A DNA stretch of 63,757 nt, filler included, from Rhabdomonas costata (Eukaryota): NCBI GenBank assembly GCA_019059605.1. It is 55 parts of 55 records of this genome, joined end to end, with 100 filler letters (N's around TTAATTAATTAA, not from the genome) between each part and the next. Parts side by side here need not be neighbours in the genome. Positions count along the whole stretch, not along the records: positions 24,397 to 25,458 come from JAHMHO010030710.1; positions 25,559 to 26,620 come from JAHMHO010030711.1; positions 26,721 to 27,782 come from JAHMHO010030712.1; positions 27,883 to 28,937 come from JAHMHO010030713.1; positions 29,038 to 30,098 come from JAHMHO010030714.1; positions 30,199 to 31,259 come from JAHMHO010030715.1; positions 31,360 to 32,420 come from JAHMHO010030716.1; positions 32,521 to 33,572 come from JAHMHO010030717.1; 47 more parts are not named here. The stretch is one strand, 5' to 3'. Of the stretch, positions 25,222 to 35,538 are shown one piece after another. Made by a program: the position numbers and the translations under genes. The notes under the pieces were generated by a model. That model had not been told where the DNA came from and made no database searches. It saw only the letters and a list, made by a program, of their open reading frames with translations. Within the stretch, counting starts at the first letter, position 1; every line of letters begins with the position of its first letter.

Positions 25222-26260
25222 CTAAAAGCGGATGCCAGAGAGCGGGAAGACGGGGCGTCGGCGGAGCGACTCGTCGCGATGGATTCTGGCAAACAAAACG
25301 AAAGTCGGTTAAAGAACCCATACCAACAAAAGAAGGAGCAATGGTCTTCACAAGTGACGGATGTTCCGCAGCAGAAAGCGAAAAATACAAAGCACAGAAA
25401 CATAGCACGATATCAAAGGAGGAAACAGCAGAGCCCGCCCCACCCTTTCCCCACAAACNNNNNNNNNNNNNNNNNNNNNNNNNNNNNNNNNNNNNNNNNN
25501 NNTTAATTAATTAANNNNNNNNNNNNNNNNNNNNNNNNNNNNNNNNNNNNNNNNNNNNCGAACAGAGTACTTTTCCCCACGCGCACTGACATTGCACCTC
25601 GTCTGGAAGGCGGACAGTGCTTTCTTCGAAGTGGATGGGACCCCGGAGAAGCAGGAGGAAGAGGAAAGCCCCTGTACTACTGGGCTTTGACCTTGTCGGT
25701 TTGCCTGTTGGTTGATTTCAGTGTCATGTTTTCTTAGCTCTTAGGGTTCAGCGCGTACCCGGTGTTTGCCTTTCTCTGTTAGTGTCAAGCCCCGAAACTT
25801 GAGGCTTCTAGGGGTTTTGAGAGCTGCTCAGCAACTATTACCTGCCCTCGAGATGTCACCGACCCTTCAGCACGTGCTGGTTCCGTTGATCTTCACTATA
25901 GGTCCTGTCCTTCTCTTTATGTTTCCAATCTTCCACTTCAAGACCTGTGCATCGTCTACCGATGCATTTCAAGTTCAGAATCTGAATCTGGGTGCAGAAG
26001 AACCTTTTCATTCAGTTCTTTGTTGGAAAACTAGAATAATTGTTGGAATTTGCATCCCCACCCCCACCCCACCAGATTTCGATACACCACGTCCTCATAT
26101 ACGCCAACCGCCTTTTGGTTTTACTTTTTTTATCTGCATGTATATCAGTGGCATTCACCTTTGTTCGGAGGGAGCGACAGTGGCAGTGGGAGGACTTTTC
26201 TTATCACGGGAAAGGAGCTGTGGTACGAGGTTTTTTCTCTACGCAATGCTGTTCCCTCAG

Positions 26261-26419
26261 CAACCTCTGCCTGCAGTCTGCCCAACCCCATGCCTTCGGG
26301 GTTCCTGTGCAACAGCAGCGGCTCAGTTCCTGCATGCACGTGTGGCTCGGGGTACCACGGCAGCCCGAATGTGACCTGCAGCGCATCCGACGCAACGTTC
26401 ACCCTGTCGGGGTGCACCG
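26261..26419 (+). CDS. Cys-rich extracellular repeat module (phase 1-1 exon)
   Basis: CSLPNPMPSGFLCNSSGSVPACTCGSGYHGSPNVTCSASDATFTLSGCT; a 159-nt exon bounded by CAG and GTACG. Confidence 0.6.
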
Positions 26420-27569
26420 GTACGTGTTGGCTTTGATGGGTGCAGTGGGGACCGGGAGGAGGAGGTTGGTGGGAATGCCGTGGTCCGTGTGGAAAAGAAA
26501 ACGGAGCGATCAGACGCAGTGGCATATGCACCTTGTTTCGGAGTTAGCGGTGGTGGCAGTGGCGTGGGGCGGGGCCTGTCTTTGCGACGGCGAAGGTTGT
26601 GTGCGGTAAGAGGTGAAGGGNNNNNNNNNNNNNNNNNNNNNNNNNNNNNNNNNNNNNNNNNNNNTTAATTAATTAANNNNNNNNNNNNNNNNNNNNNNNN
26701 NNNNNNNNNNNNNNNNNNNNTTGTGGTTGGAAAAGGAGGTTGGGCAGCTCCCCTGCACGTTGCGCCCGAGGGTATACTGTCGTGCTTTCTCGTGTTTTCG
26801 ATTTTAGCTTTCCACCGACCTTCTGACGACAGCTTGCCGGCACTACAAGGATTGGCTGGAGCTCGCCAATGCCAGCCACAGTGACAGCAGGGCATGCGCG
26901 ATTACCTTTTTGTGTCGTGACGCACATCGCTCACTTGGAACGGTTTCAGTTATTAGCACTCACTTGTGTGAAGCGAAGCTCCCGTTTGGAGTCCTGCTTG
27001 TATTTTATTCTGTTTTGGGGCAACATATCTGCAGCATTAGCTTTTTTTCTTTGAAATTGAGTCACTGAAATGGGGTGCGATTCGAGCATTGGTTTTTGTA
27101 TTGTGGTTGACAGCCGGTTTCGTTTTCCAGTAAAACTGCCAACTTTGCCAACAGGAGCTGATCTGCGGTGACTCCTTCCAGTCCTTTGCGGACCGAACTT
27201 CAGCCCTCCAGCTGGTACGCTCTGCGAGCCTGTCAACCCAGAACCCAGCAGCTAGCCATTATACAAATCATCAATTCCCCGCTTATAGCAACGCTCCAGT
27301 GACATAAAACTGTTTTGCAGGCTGTTCTGCGGATTTTCTTCAGGTATGTAAGAATTCTTTCAGCGTAAGCTGTATGTACCTAACGGGACGTTCATGGCTC
27401 AGCCGGCCGTTCCGGCCGCCGCGGAGGTGGCCTCCGCTCCTGAGCCAAGTCCTCCTCTCGTATAGGCGTTTAAGATGTCAAACTGTAAGGCCGTTAGATG
27501 CGTTTTCGACCCATATTTTTATGGACACCGTTGTTTCCTTTGGAGAGACCCTTACCTCCTTGAAAAAAG

Positions 27570-27720
27570 GTGGACTTTCGGCTCCTCACGGAGCTGGAGG
27601 ACCGCTTGGCCTTCTTTGTCAACCTTTTCAACGTGCTGTACATCCACGCCATCTTCGCTGTGGGCACGGTTTATGACATGCACGTGCAGACGTTTACCAA
27701 CACCTCCTGCTATGTTGTGG
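27570..27720 (+). CDS. DUF547 domain protein exon
   Basis: EDRLAFFVNLFNVLYIHA matches the DUF547 EKLAFFINLYNAL.IHA motif. Ends YVVG at a GTGTG donor. Confidence 0.75.
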
Positions 27721-27984
27721 GTGTGCGAGCCCCTTTCCAGCAATGCCCAACGTCAAGTGCACACCTACACATACACACCACANNNNNNNNNNNNNNNNNN
27801 NNNNNNNNNNNNNNNNNNNNNNNNNNTTAATTAATTAANNNNNNNNNNNNNNNNNNNNNNNNNNNNNNNNNNNNNNNNNNNNGGGGGGGTGTGGGAGAGC
27901 CTGGCCATCGCCTCCCTGGGAGACACCTGCACAAGCGAAGGACGGAGAATACTTCCGGTACCAATGAAACGTACAATTATACTC

Positions 27985-28926
27985 ACGACAATCCTGGCAA
28001 TGATGGGTGAACGGAGAAGCGAGGCGCGTTGACGACCTGCAGTTGCATCATCTGAAAGGCGATGTTACGTATTTTCCCAGAATGAGATTCGCCCCAAACT
28101 TACCTCTCGATCCACTCGTTGTGCACACCTTGCGGCTTTTGCGGAGCCTGAGCACGGCCAAGCTCCTGAGTCTGGACCAGAACCTGGGCCTGGGTGAGGC
28201 TCTCCTGCAGCGAGTCCCGTTGCTCTCTCACCCCAGTGAGCGCTGTCAGGGCGTCTTGCAGCTGCGAGCGGGCCGACCGAAGGTCTTCCGCTGTGCTGCT
28301 GCACTATGCGTACGTTTGGAATGAAACTGTAATTGTATGTAGATGGAGAAACTGATTTTACTGGTGGGGCAGGGAAACAGAATCGCTTTAGGTTTTCTCT
28401 GTTCCTGCGCTGGGTCTACACTGAACAGACATCGTAAATCCGTATTCGTTCGAATCAAGGGCATCCTGGTCCTGTTTGCTATCTCCGTGATTCTTTCTCG
28501 TTGTGGGACCAAGCATGGGAATGAGCAGAGTGTGTACATCCGGACGTACGGGTGCCGTATTGAGGTATTGAACTTGGCTAACTATTGATTTTGCTTGCGG
28601 GCAAAAATGCCCAAGGACCACGTTTCAGCAACAGATTATGAGATTTTGTAAGTGCTGCCGCCACTGATTGTGTGCTAATTGGTTTTTGAGGAAGCGGTTG
28701 CCTTGACAAAGGAAAATATGAAGACTGTTTTCCGAGCAGGAAGCTGTCACCATATACGCAATCAGAGCGGGGCAAGCAGTACACCGGGCAGACCTGAGCC
28801 TCCAGCTTAGCCTTCTCGGCTCTCACCAGGGACAAACCCTCGTCGGCCTTCCGGCACAGGGCTTGCAGGGTGCCCACAGTGCGCTCAAGCTCCTGAAGCT
28901 CTTGTTGATGCTCCTTCTTTCGCTCC
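27985..28926 (-). CDS. Coiled-coil protein, several exons
   Basis: ERKKEHQQELQELERTVGTLQALCRKADEGL...LEAQ| and CSSTAEDLRSARSQLQDALTALTGVREQRDSLQESL...|GTGTG. Confidence 0.5.
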
Positions 28927-29229
28927 TAAAAACAAACNNNNNNNNNNNNNNNNNNNNNNNNNNNNNNNNNNNNNNNNNNNNTTAATTAATTAANNNNNNN
29001 NNNNNNNNNNNNNNNNNNNNNNNNNNNNNNNNNNNNNTTCCTCCTGCTCATCCTTGCAGTTTGAAGAAGCGCTGGTGTCAGACGTAAGACACTGGACTAT
29101 TGCGTTGGTTTAGCCCATAATGAATCAGCTCCCAAATGAAGCCAGTTCGTTAAGGATGCAAACCTTTTGAAGCACAACCAACCCGTCAGAAAAATGGCTC
29201 AACGATGCTTTTCTCAAAACTTAACATAC

Positions 29230-29787
29230 CGTCGTCTTGGAGGAAGCTCTCGGTGCGCCAGTCTTGGCGGAGTCCTCCAGAAGCTCCTCCCTCAGCTGCT
29301 TTGCCCGCCGCATCCCGCACTTCTTCTCGTATACCTGCAGCTGCTGCTCCAGCTCCATCTGGAGGTTGCCCTGCTCCGCTTGCAGGACCAGTACCCTCTG
29401 CCCATCATCGCGGTAGTCCACCCCACCGGCTGCCCTCCGCGGGCGCGCAGCACCACTCCCTTGGGTGGATCCCTCAAGATTACCCGGGCCTAGTGGAGAG
29501 GCCGCGCGCTGGAGCGCCGCGGTTGCTTTCTGTAGCATCCGGTGAGATTTCATTACAGCCTTGCGGAGCTCCTTCTCCTTGTTGTGCCGATGGCGCCGTG
29601 CCCGGATGCGGGCAGTCCGTTTCCTTGCCCTCTCTTCGACATCAGGGCGTGGCTTCTTCTCGGCCTTGCCAGCAGAAGCCTTCTTTTCTTTCTTCGGCCT
29701 ACTCTGCTTTCTGGACTGAGTATGGCTGTGCCTGATCTTCTCAGGAGGAGGTTCCCACTCGCGGTCCCCAGACAGCCCGAGGCTGTC
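29230..29787 (-). CDS. Unknown Lys/Arg-rich protein, 558-nt exon
   Basis: Open 186-codon phase-0 exon between a TAG acceptor and a GTATG donor: DSLGLSGDREWEPPPEK...RARKRTARIRARRHRHNKEKELRK...LQMELEQQLQVYEKK. Confidence 0.55.
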
Positions 29788-30245
29788 CTAAAGAGCGCAA
29801 CAGCACACGTTTTCATGCGCCGAGTTAATCACGGCAAAGCTCAATTTTTAAAAAAGCGTTTTTGGGGTCAATAATTCCCAATTTTCGAACCCACTGGTTC
29901 AATGGTGAAATATAGTATCTGCGTGCCCGAAATGAAACATCATTAATAAGATGAGAGAACCGGGAAGCGCATGCTTAAACAACAACCGTAAAAGAGCCCA
30001 AGCCAGCTTCGGGACAAAGATCAGAAAAGAAAAAAATTGTGATTGGGCATATTTAATTTATATATAAATCGAGCATTTTCAAATGTCTCCCAACAACANN
30101 NNNNNNNNNNNNNNNNNNNNNNNNNNNNNNNNNNNNNNNNNNTTAATTAATTAANNNNNNNNNNNNNNNNNNNNNNNNNNNNNNNNNNNNNNNNNNNNTT
30201 GTTTTGGTAAGATCCCCCCCCCCTCTGGGAAGCAACAGCGCACAC

Positions 30246-31255
30246 CGACTGAATGTGGGTAGATCCCGCACCGGCCATCGACTCGCTTCCAACTAAAGCA
30301 AAGGTACAGAAAGCTCCACCAGGCGATGCCTGATCTCTCTCTTGACTTTTTGTACAACTGGTTTGAACCCCACAAGACGGACACAGGTTTGAACCCCACC
30401 AACAATTTACAACTCACCAGGAAGGGGAATCAGACGGAAAGGATGAAAGGGCTCTCTGTCGACCTTCCGGCATTTTATTGGGGAGCGGGTTGTTCTAACA
30501 TTTTGGAAAACGTTGCCATTCCATCAGTAAGCTGATCCACCACCACTTCCGGCCATCTGTCATAACGCAGGCAGAAGCGGATGAACCAACTCTGAATAAC
30601 GGATCTGAAGTGGACCATTCAGAATTTACCGGTTACAAAAAGAGATGTCAACCCAAACACGGAGACACAGGGGCTCACCAACTCACCAACACTTCGACAG
30701 CATACCCTCCTCGTGATCGAACAGGCACACCACCCTGCACTGAGGGTCCTCAGCGAGTCCATCAGCAGAAAGAAGGGCCTGTGCCGTCCACCCCCAAACG
30801 CTCACAAACATACTAGCAACCGGAGTCAGCAGCATGAAAAGCAAACTCTGCATTTGAAGCAAAGGCAGCACGCATTCCAAAGATAAGGCTTTGGTGGTTT
30901 TTGAATCACCCATTTCACACACGATGCGAGTGCGGTGGTAACGGCGCCATCCCTCCGCAAACAGCCCCGCTTCTCATTGACATCATTCAATGATTCAATG
31001 AATTTGCCCGAGCCATCATAGGCAGTCCGTCAGCGTGCACTCTGACGCTCGTCGGGGAAAGATTCCCATACTGGTAGCCAAATGCTTCGGCAGCCATGCC
31101 TTTCCTATAAGGTAAGGGGTTGCCTCAGAAGGGTAAGAAGACAGTAGTGAGACCTCCAACGCACAAAAGCATGACGCCAGGTTGTCCAGCCGCGGGGCAA
31201 ACAGGAACTCCTCAAACACTCCCCCAAGCTGAGCAGGCTGCGAGTCCACCACCCA
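30246..31255 (-). CDS. DNPEP: Aspartyl aminopeptidase (peptidase M18), exons ~31255-31154, 30778-30706, 30292-30246
   Basis: [27 protein letters not shown] | ALL...[10 protein letters not shown] | [11 protein letters not shown] contains the M18 motifs RLDN and DxEEVGS. Phases are consistent with GT-AG introns. Confidence 0.92.
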
Positions 31256-31402
31256 CCCCNNNNNNNNNNNNNNNNNNNNNNNNNNNNNNNNNNNNNNNNN
31301 NNNTTAATTAATTAANNNNNNNNNNNNNNNNNNNNNNNNNNNNNNNNNNNNNNNNNNNNGGTTTTCTTTATATGAACTTTTAATAAATTATATACACAAA
31401 AA

Positions 31403-31698
31403 TTAAAATAAATTTTTTTTACCAATTTGTTGATTTCTATATTTTGGATGTGTGAATATATATTGTATGAAAAATACATATATGCCGCCTTCTAATAACT
31501 TCTTTTCTCCAATTAAATAACCTAGCATAAGAGAATTATCATTTTTGTAATAAAATAGTCCGTAATATTCGTCTGATGACAATAATTTTTTAATTTCTTA
31601 TAACATTTGTGTTCTTTGATAAATTTATAGAATTCTTATAAATTGTATTTGTTTGGATCTATTTTTATTATATTGTAATTTGTTGATTCATAGAACAT
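31403..31698 (-). pseudogene. GNAT acetyltransferase pseudogene on an AT-rich, virus-like contig
   Basis: EIKKLLSSDEYYGLFYYKNDNSLMLGYLIGEKKLLEGGIYVFFIQYIFTHPKYRNQQIGKK contains GNAT motif A. The N-terminal part (IYKNSINLSK) lies in another frame, and in-frame TAA stops are present. Confidence 0.7.
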
Positions 31699-31751
31699 AT
31701 ATAAATTATTATTAAATACGAAAACTTTTATTCTATATTTTTTCTATTTTT

Positions 31752-31978
31752 TCAACTGTTATTATCTCCCATTATTATATATTCTTTTTTATCTGTATCT
31801 GGTTTTTGTGTATTATTTATTTCGTTTGAAATTTTTTCTTGTAATACATCTAATATTGTTAAACCTGTAGATGGTAATTTATCCTTTTCTAATTCTTCAA
31901 TATATATATTGAATATATTCAATATATAAAGTTCATATATATGATATGATATATATTGAATATATATACATCATACAT
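31752..31978 (-). CDS. Small ORF with TGLTILDVLQ motif, interrupted by an inverted duplication
   Basis: Reconstructs as MYDVYIFNIYIEELEKDKLPSTGLTILDVLQEKISNEINNTQKPDTDKKEYIIMGDNNS* when the inverted insert is removed. Confidence 0.45.
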
Positions 31979-32015
31979 TGAATATATATCATATCATATA
32001 TATGAACTTTATATA
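31923..32015. repeat. Perfect 35-bp inverted repeat with 23-nt loop
   Basis: TATATAAAGTTCATATATATGATATGATATATATT (31923-31957) is the exact reverse complement of 31981-32015. Confidence 0.95.
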
Positions 32016-32054
32016 AACTTCTATTTTTTCAAAAACAGAAATTTACAGTTTCCT

Positions 32055-32307
32055 TCAAAACAACATCATCATACAATGCTTTTCTGAAAACGTACACGTA
32101 TTTACAGCAAATGCATCTTTCTGTAACACATCTAAAATTGTAAGACCCGTCTTTGTCGGAATCCGTTCTTCTCGTTTTGTGACTTCTTCCATTATTTCAA
32201 ATTGTTCCTCAATGAAATCTGATGATATTTTGGATATCAGTGGAGAACTCTGATGAAGAGTCGTCGGAATCCGGATCCGGACAACTATCCAAATTCAACA
32301 CAAACAT
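32055..32307 (-). pseudogene. Acidic small ORF with TGLTILDVLQ motif, probably frameshifted
   Basis: MFVLNLDSCPDPDSDDSSSEFSTDI / frameshift / SSDFIEEQFEIMEEVTKREERIPTKTGLTILDVLQKDAF...*. Confidence 0.4.
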
Positions 32308-32861
32308 TCGTTCTTCACACGTGTATTCTGTTCTGTTTGTTGGATTTTGACGTTGTAAAAATCAATTTTCAACATGATCGTGTTTTCCATGTTTGGTTTG
32401 TCTGACACCACAAACAACCCNNNNNNNNNNNNNNNNNNNNNNNNNNNNNNNNNNNNNNNNNNNNTTAATTAATTAANNNNNNNNNNNNNNNNNNNNNNNN
32501 NNNNNNNNNNNNNNNNNNNNTTTGTGTGGTGGAATGGATAGTCGTCTTTTTTTTCTGGGGGGGGGGGGGCGAGCCTCATACAAAAGCTATACTTTCAGGT
32601 GGTGCAACGAACAGGGTCCATGATGTCTTAGGACGCGGAACACAGCGGACTCTTGACCGTGAAGGGTGATAAACAGAGGATTGCAGTACAAAAGGGACTG
32701 AATTTTTTTTAGGTGCGAATGCCGTGACGTTGTTATACGTCTGACGAAATATAAGGACAACCGCTGCCCCCCCCTCACAAAATATGCTCTTGGCTGCAAA
32801 ATGACGAGGAAATGAAAGAAAACTCAGGTCAGCTCACAAACAAAAACGCGCAAGTCAAGAC

Positions 32862-33257
32862 CTTCCACGAGGCTTGCGTAAATCCTGTTGCTGCTGACAT
32901 TTCAGGGGCACCCTCCTCTGAGGGTTGTGATGAGGACGTTAGTGGTCCTGGTGCCGCTGTTGCTGAAGAAGCTCCCACCTCAGGCGGCCTCGATTCTAGT
33001 TGCGATGCTTGTGAGGCCTTTGAACGTGGAGTGACCGTCGATGGAGGCGGCTGGCAGGCGGGGTGATACCATGACACTTGTCCTGTCCGAGGGTTCCAGA
33101 AGTACAGGGCCCCAGTGCTTGGATCCGTGGTTTGCTTCCAGCCTTTCGGCAGCGGGGGCCACTGCGCGGAAGGACCCACTGCTGGCGCGGGCTCCGGTAC
33201 AGCAGCCATAGGTCGGGACCCTCTGGCGGCACACCCTCGCGACCACCTCCGCAAAAA
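32862..33257 (-). CDS. WW-domain protein exon
   Basis: PLPKGWKQTTDPSTGALYFWNPRTGQVSWYHP is a canonical WW domain. Confidence 0.85.
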
Positions 33258-34039
33258 CTACAGGTGAGTGGCAAAGAAAGGGAGAAAACCAGAACAGAGA
33301 AGAGAAGGAGGATAGCTGTTGAAGGAAGCGCAAATTCCGTACCTACGACCCCAACCGCCTGCTAGGAACTAAGCATTTCCCATTAAGCATCCCAAAACTT
33401 TATTCTGATTGGCTCTTCAAGCACGGTTGATTCATCACCCCATCAAATTGTCATATTGAGCCAAGGTGTCCAAAAAAACGAAATTTGTCATACATCCACC
33501 CCCCCCCCTCCCACTGTATAAAGATCGTTAAAAAGTTGCTATAACGATCGTTATAACGGTCATTACAACAAANNNNNNNNNNNNNNNNNNNNNNNNNNNN
33601 NNNNNNNNNNNNNNNNTTAATTAATTAANNNNNNNNNNNNNNNNNNNNNNNNNNNNNNNNNNNNNNNNNNNNGTGTTGGGTGTGGTTGGGGTGTGTGGTT
33701 GCCATTAGAAGCTTTTGCAGCGGGTTGGGAGGAGATGACCATGTCCACGGGCCTTTTCCAGAAGATTTGTGCGTTCACCATTTTTCGCATTCGTATGATG
33801 TAGAATACACAACAATGATTGATGATTGTCTTGTGTGTACTTGCACAGCTCGAGGTGATTCGGACTCCCGGTGGGTGGTTAGGTGTATGGCATTCGAACT
33901 CACGCTCAGAAGTTATGCACCCATGTCCTGCGTCAAAGTGCACACCACCCGACCACAAAAACAACAATGTGGAGAAAAAGCAAGACAAGGAAAGAGATTT
34001 ATAAACATAATGAACAAACGAATTCACAAATTCACACAC

Positions 34040-34391
34040 CATTGCATGGCGTTGGAATCCACCACGGCAGTGTAAGCGGGCAAGCCCAGGAGTTCCCCGA
34101 AAGTTCAACGGTGACGTTCGAAGAGGGCATGACCCCATTCGTGGCATTCACCCATACAAACTTGTTGTGTGCCAGGCGGAGTATTTGGAGAGTCGGAGGA
34201 AGCCCATTCAGCACCACTGTGCCCCCAAGGCTGTTGGAAGAGAGGTCCAGCTCCTCCAAGGCGGGCGGCAAGGCGGTGAGGTTGGGCGTGCCGCTGAAAT
34301 TGTTGCCCGCAAGCGAGAGCAGCCGCAGACCTCGGGGGGCATGGCTGAGGTCCACCTCACCCATGGAACAGCACCCACGCACCGTCAGCTC
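34040..34391 (-). CDS. Leucine-rich repeat surface protein (GP46/PSA-like) exon
   Basis: LRLLSLAGNNFSGTPNLTALPPALEELDLSSNSLGGTVVLNGLPPTLQILRLAHNKF...LSGNSWACP; CAG acceptor and GTGTG donor. Confidence 0.85.
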
Positions 34392-35077
34392 CTGCCGAAA
34401 ACAGCAATGAGCGAGAAAGTATTATGGGGACTGCCGCGGCGCGGGATAAGTGCCAAAGTGGAGTCTGCTTTGCTTATAACCTCCACATGCATACAAAAGA
34501 GAACGTCTTGTCAAGAAAAGTTATGCGCAAGGAAAGTGTCGCCACACGCCACAAGGGTGGTTACGGAAGCGAAAAAAGCAACAAGACCACCGCCACTGCT
34601 CACCCGGAGGCACACCCTCCCCCCTGACAACGCCCTGTATCCGAGTTATACATGGTGATACAACTTTCATCGTAAGCCAAAGTAAGGCTTTGCCGATTGG
34701 GCTACGGTGTAGCATGGTAGCGGGCAAAGCAGTNNNNNNNNNNNNNNNNNNNNNNNNNNNNNNNNNNNNNNNNNNNNTTAATTAATTAANNNNNNNNNNN
34801 NNNNNNNNNNNNNNNNNNNNNNNNNNNNNNNNNGGGTTTGCTGGCGTCCGAGTAGTCATTTTTGGGAGGGGGAGTGGTAACAGCTACCAATGGAAACAGA
34901 AGAAGAAGAAGACTTACCAAAAAAATCTAACTAAAATTCTAACTTAAATTCTAAGTTGCAATTGGTTAGGTAGCTTATTTTACTTTTATTTCAGTGAGAG
35001 GGGGGTAGATGACCTGTGCCAGTCTTCCCAAGGTGATTATTCTTGATTTGCACGTGCTGGTTAAGAACTAACCTATA

Positions 35078-35538
35078 GCTGGAATTTGGGCGTACGAGCA
35101 GGACAGCATTTGCATTGAGGCGAAGGCCAACGACGCGGAGGCCAGAGCGGGGGGCTGGGACGTGAACGTGACCTGGGGTGCCTTTACTGTGTTAATATTG
35201 TGTCCGATAGGAAAAATTGTTACCCCCTCCCTAGAAAAAACGTCAAGTGCAACCAAGTCGTTCGCAATCACCATTTTTTTTGAGCGCTGTAATGTAGTGC
35301 TTATGAGAAGGTGTCCTCTGCTGTGTGCGTCATGGGTGGGGTGGGGTTTGTGTCCGCCCAGGCCGCTGTCGCTGCGGGGCTACATCCTCGCTGCCACCTT
35401 GCACGGTAACGACGTGTTTGTGCAGAGGCAGCGGGAGCGCACCCTGCCCGCCACCCTGGCCTTTCCCAGCCGCAACAGCACCGTGGTCAGGTCCGCAGCA
35501 AACCCCGTCCCGACGGCCTATCTCTGTGACAGGGAGTG
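35078..35538 (+). CDS. Two exons of an unknown protein
   Basis: GIWAYEQDSICIEAKANDAEARAGGWDVNVTW and RPLSLRGYILAATLHGNDVFVQRQRERTLPATLAFP...CDREW|GTTTG; high GC3. Confidence 0.4.

Noticed and set aside
31360-32420. Mitochondrial DNA or alternative-code contaminant as the explanation for the AT-rich contig
   Set aside because: No respiratory-chain or rRNA similarity is visible, and reading TAA as sense does not repair the GNAT because frameshifts remain. Not fully excluded without a database search.
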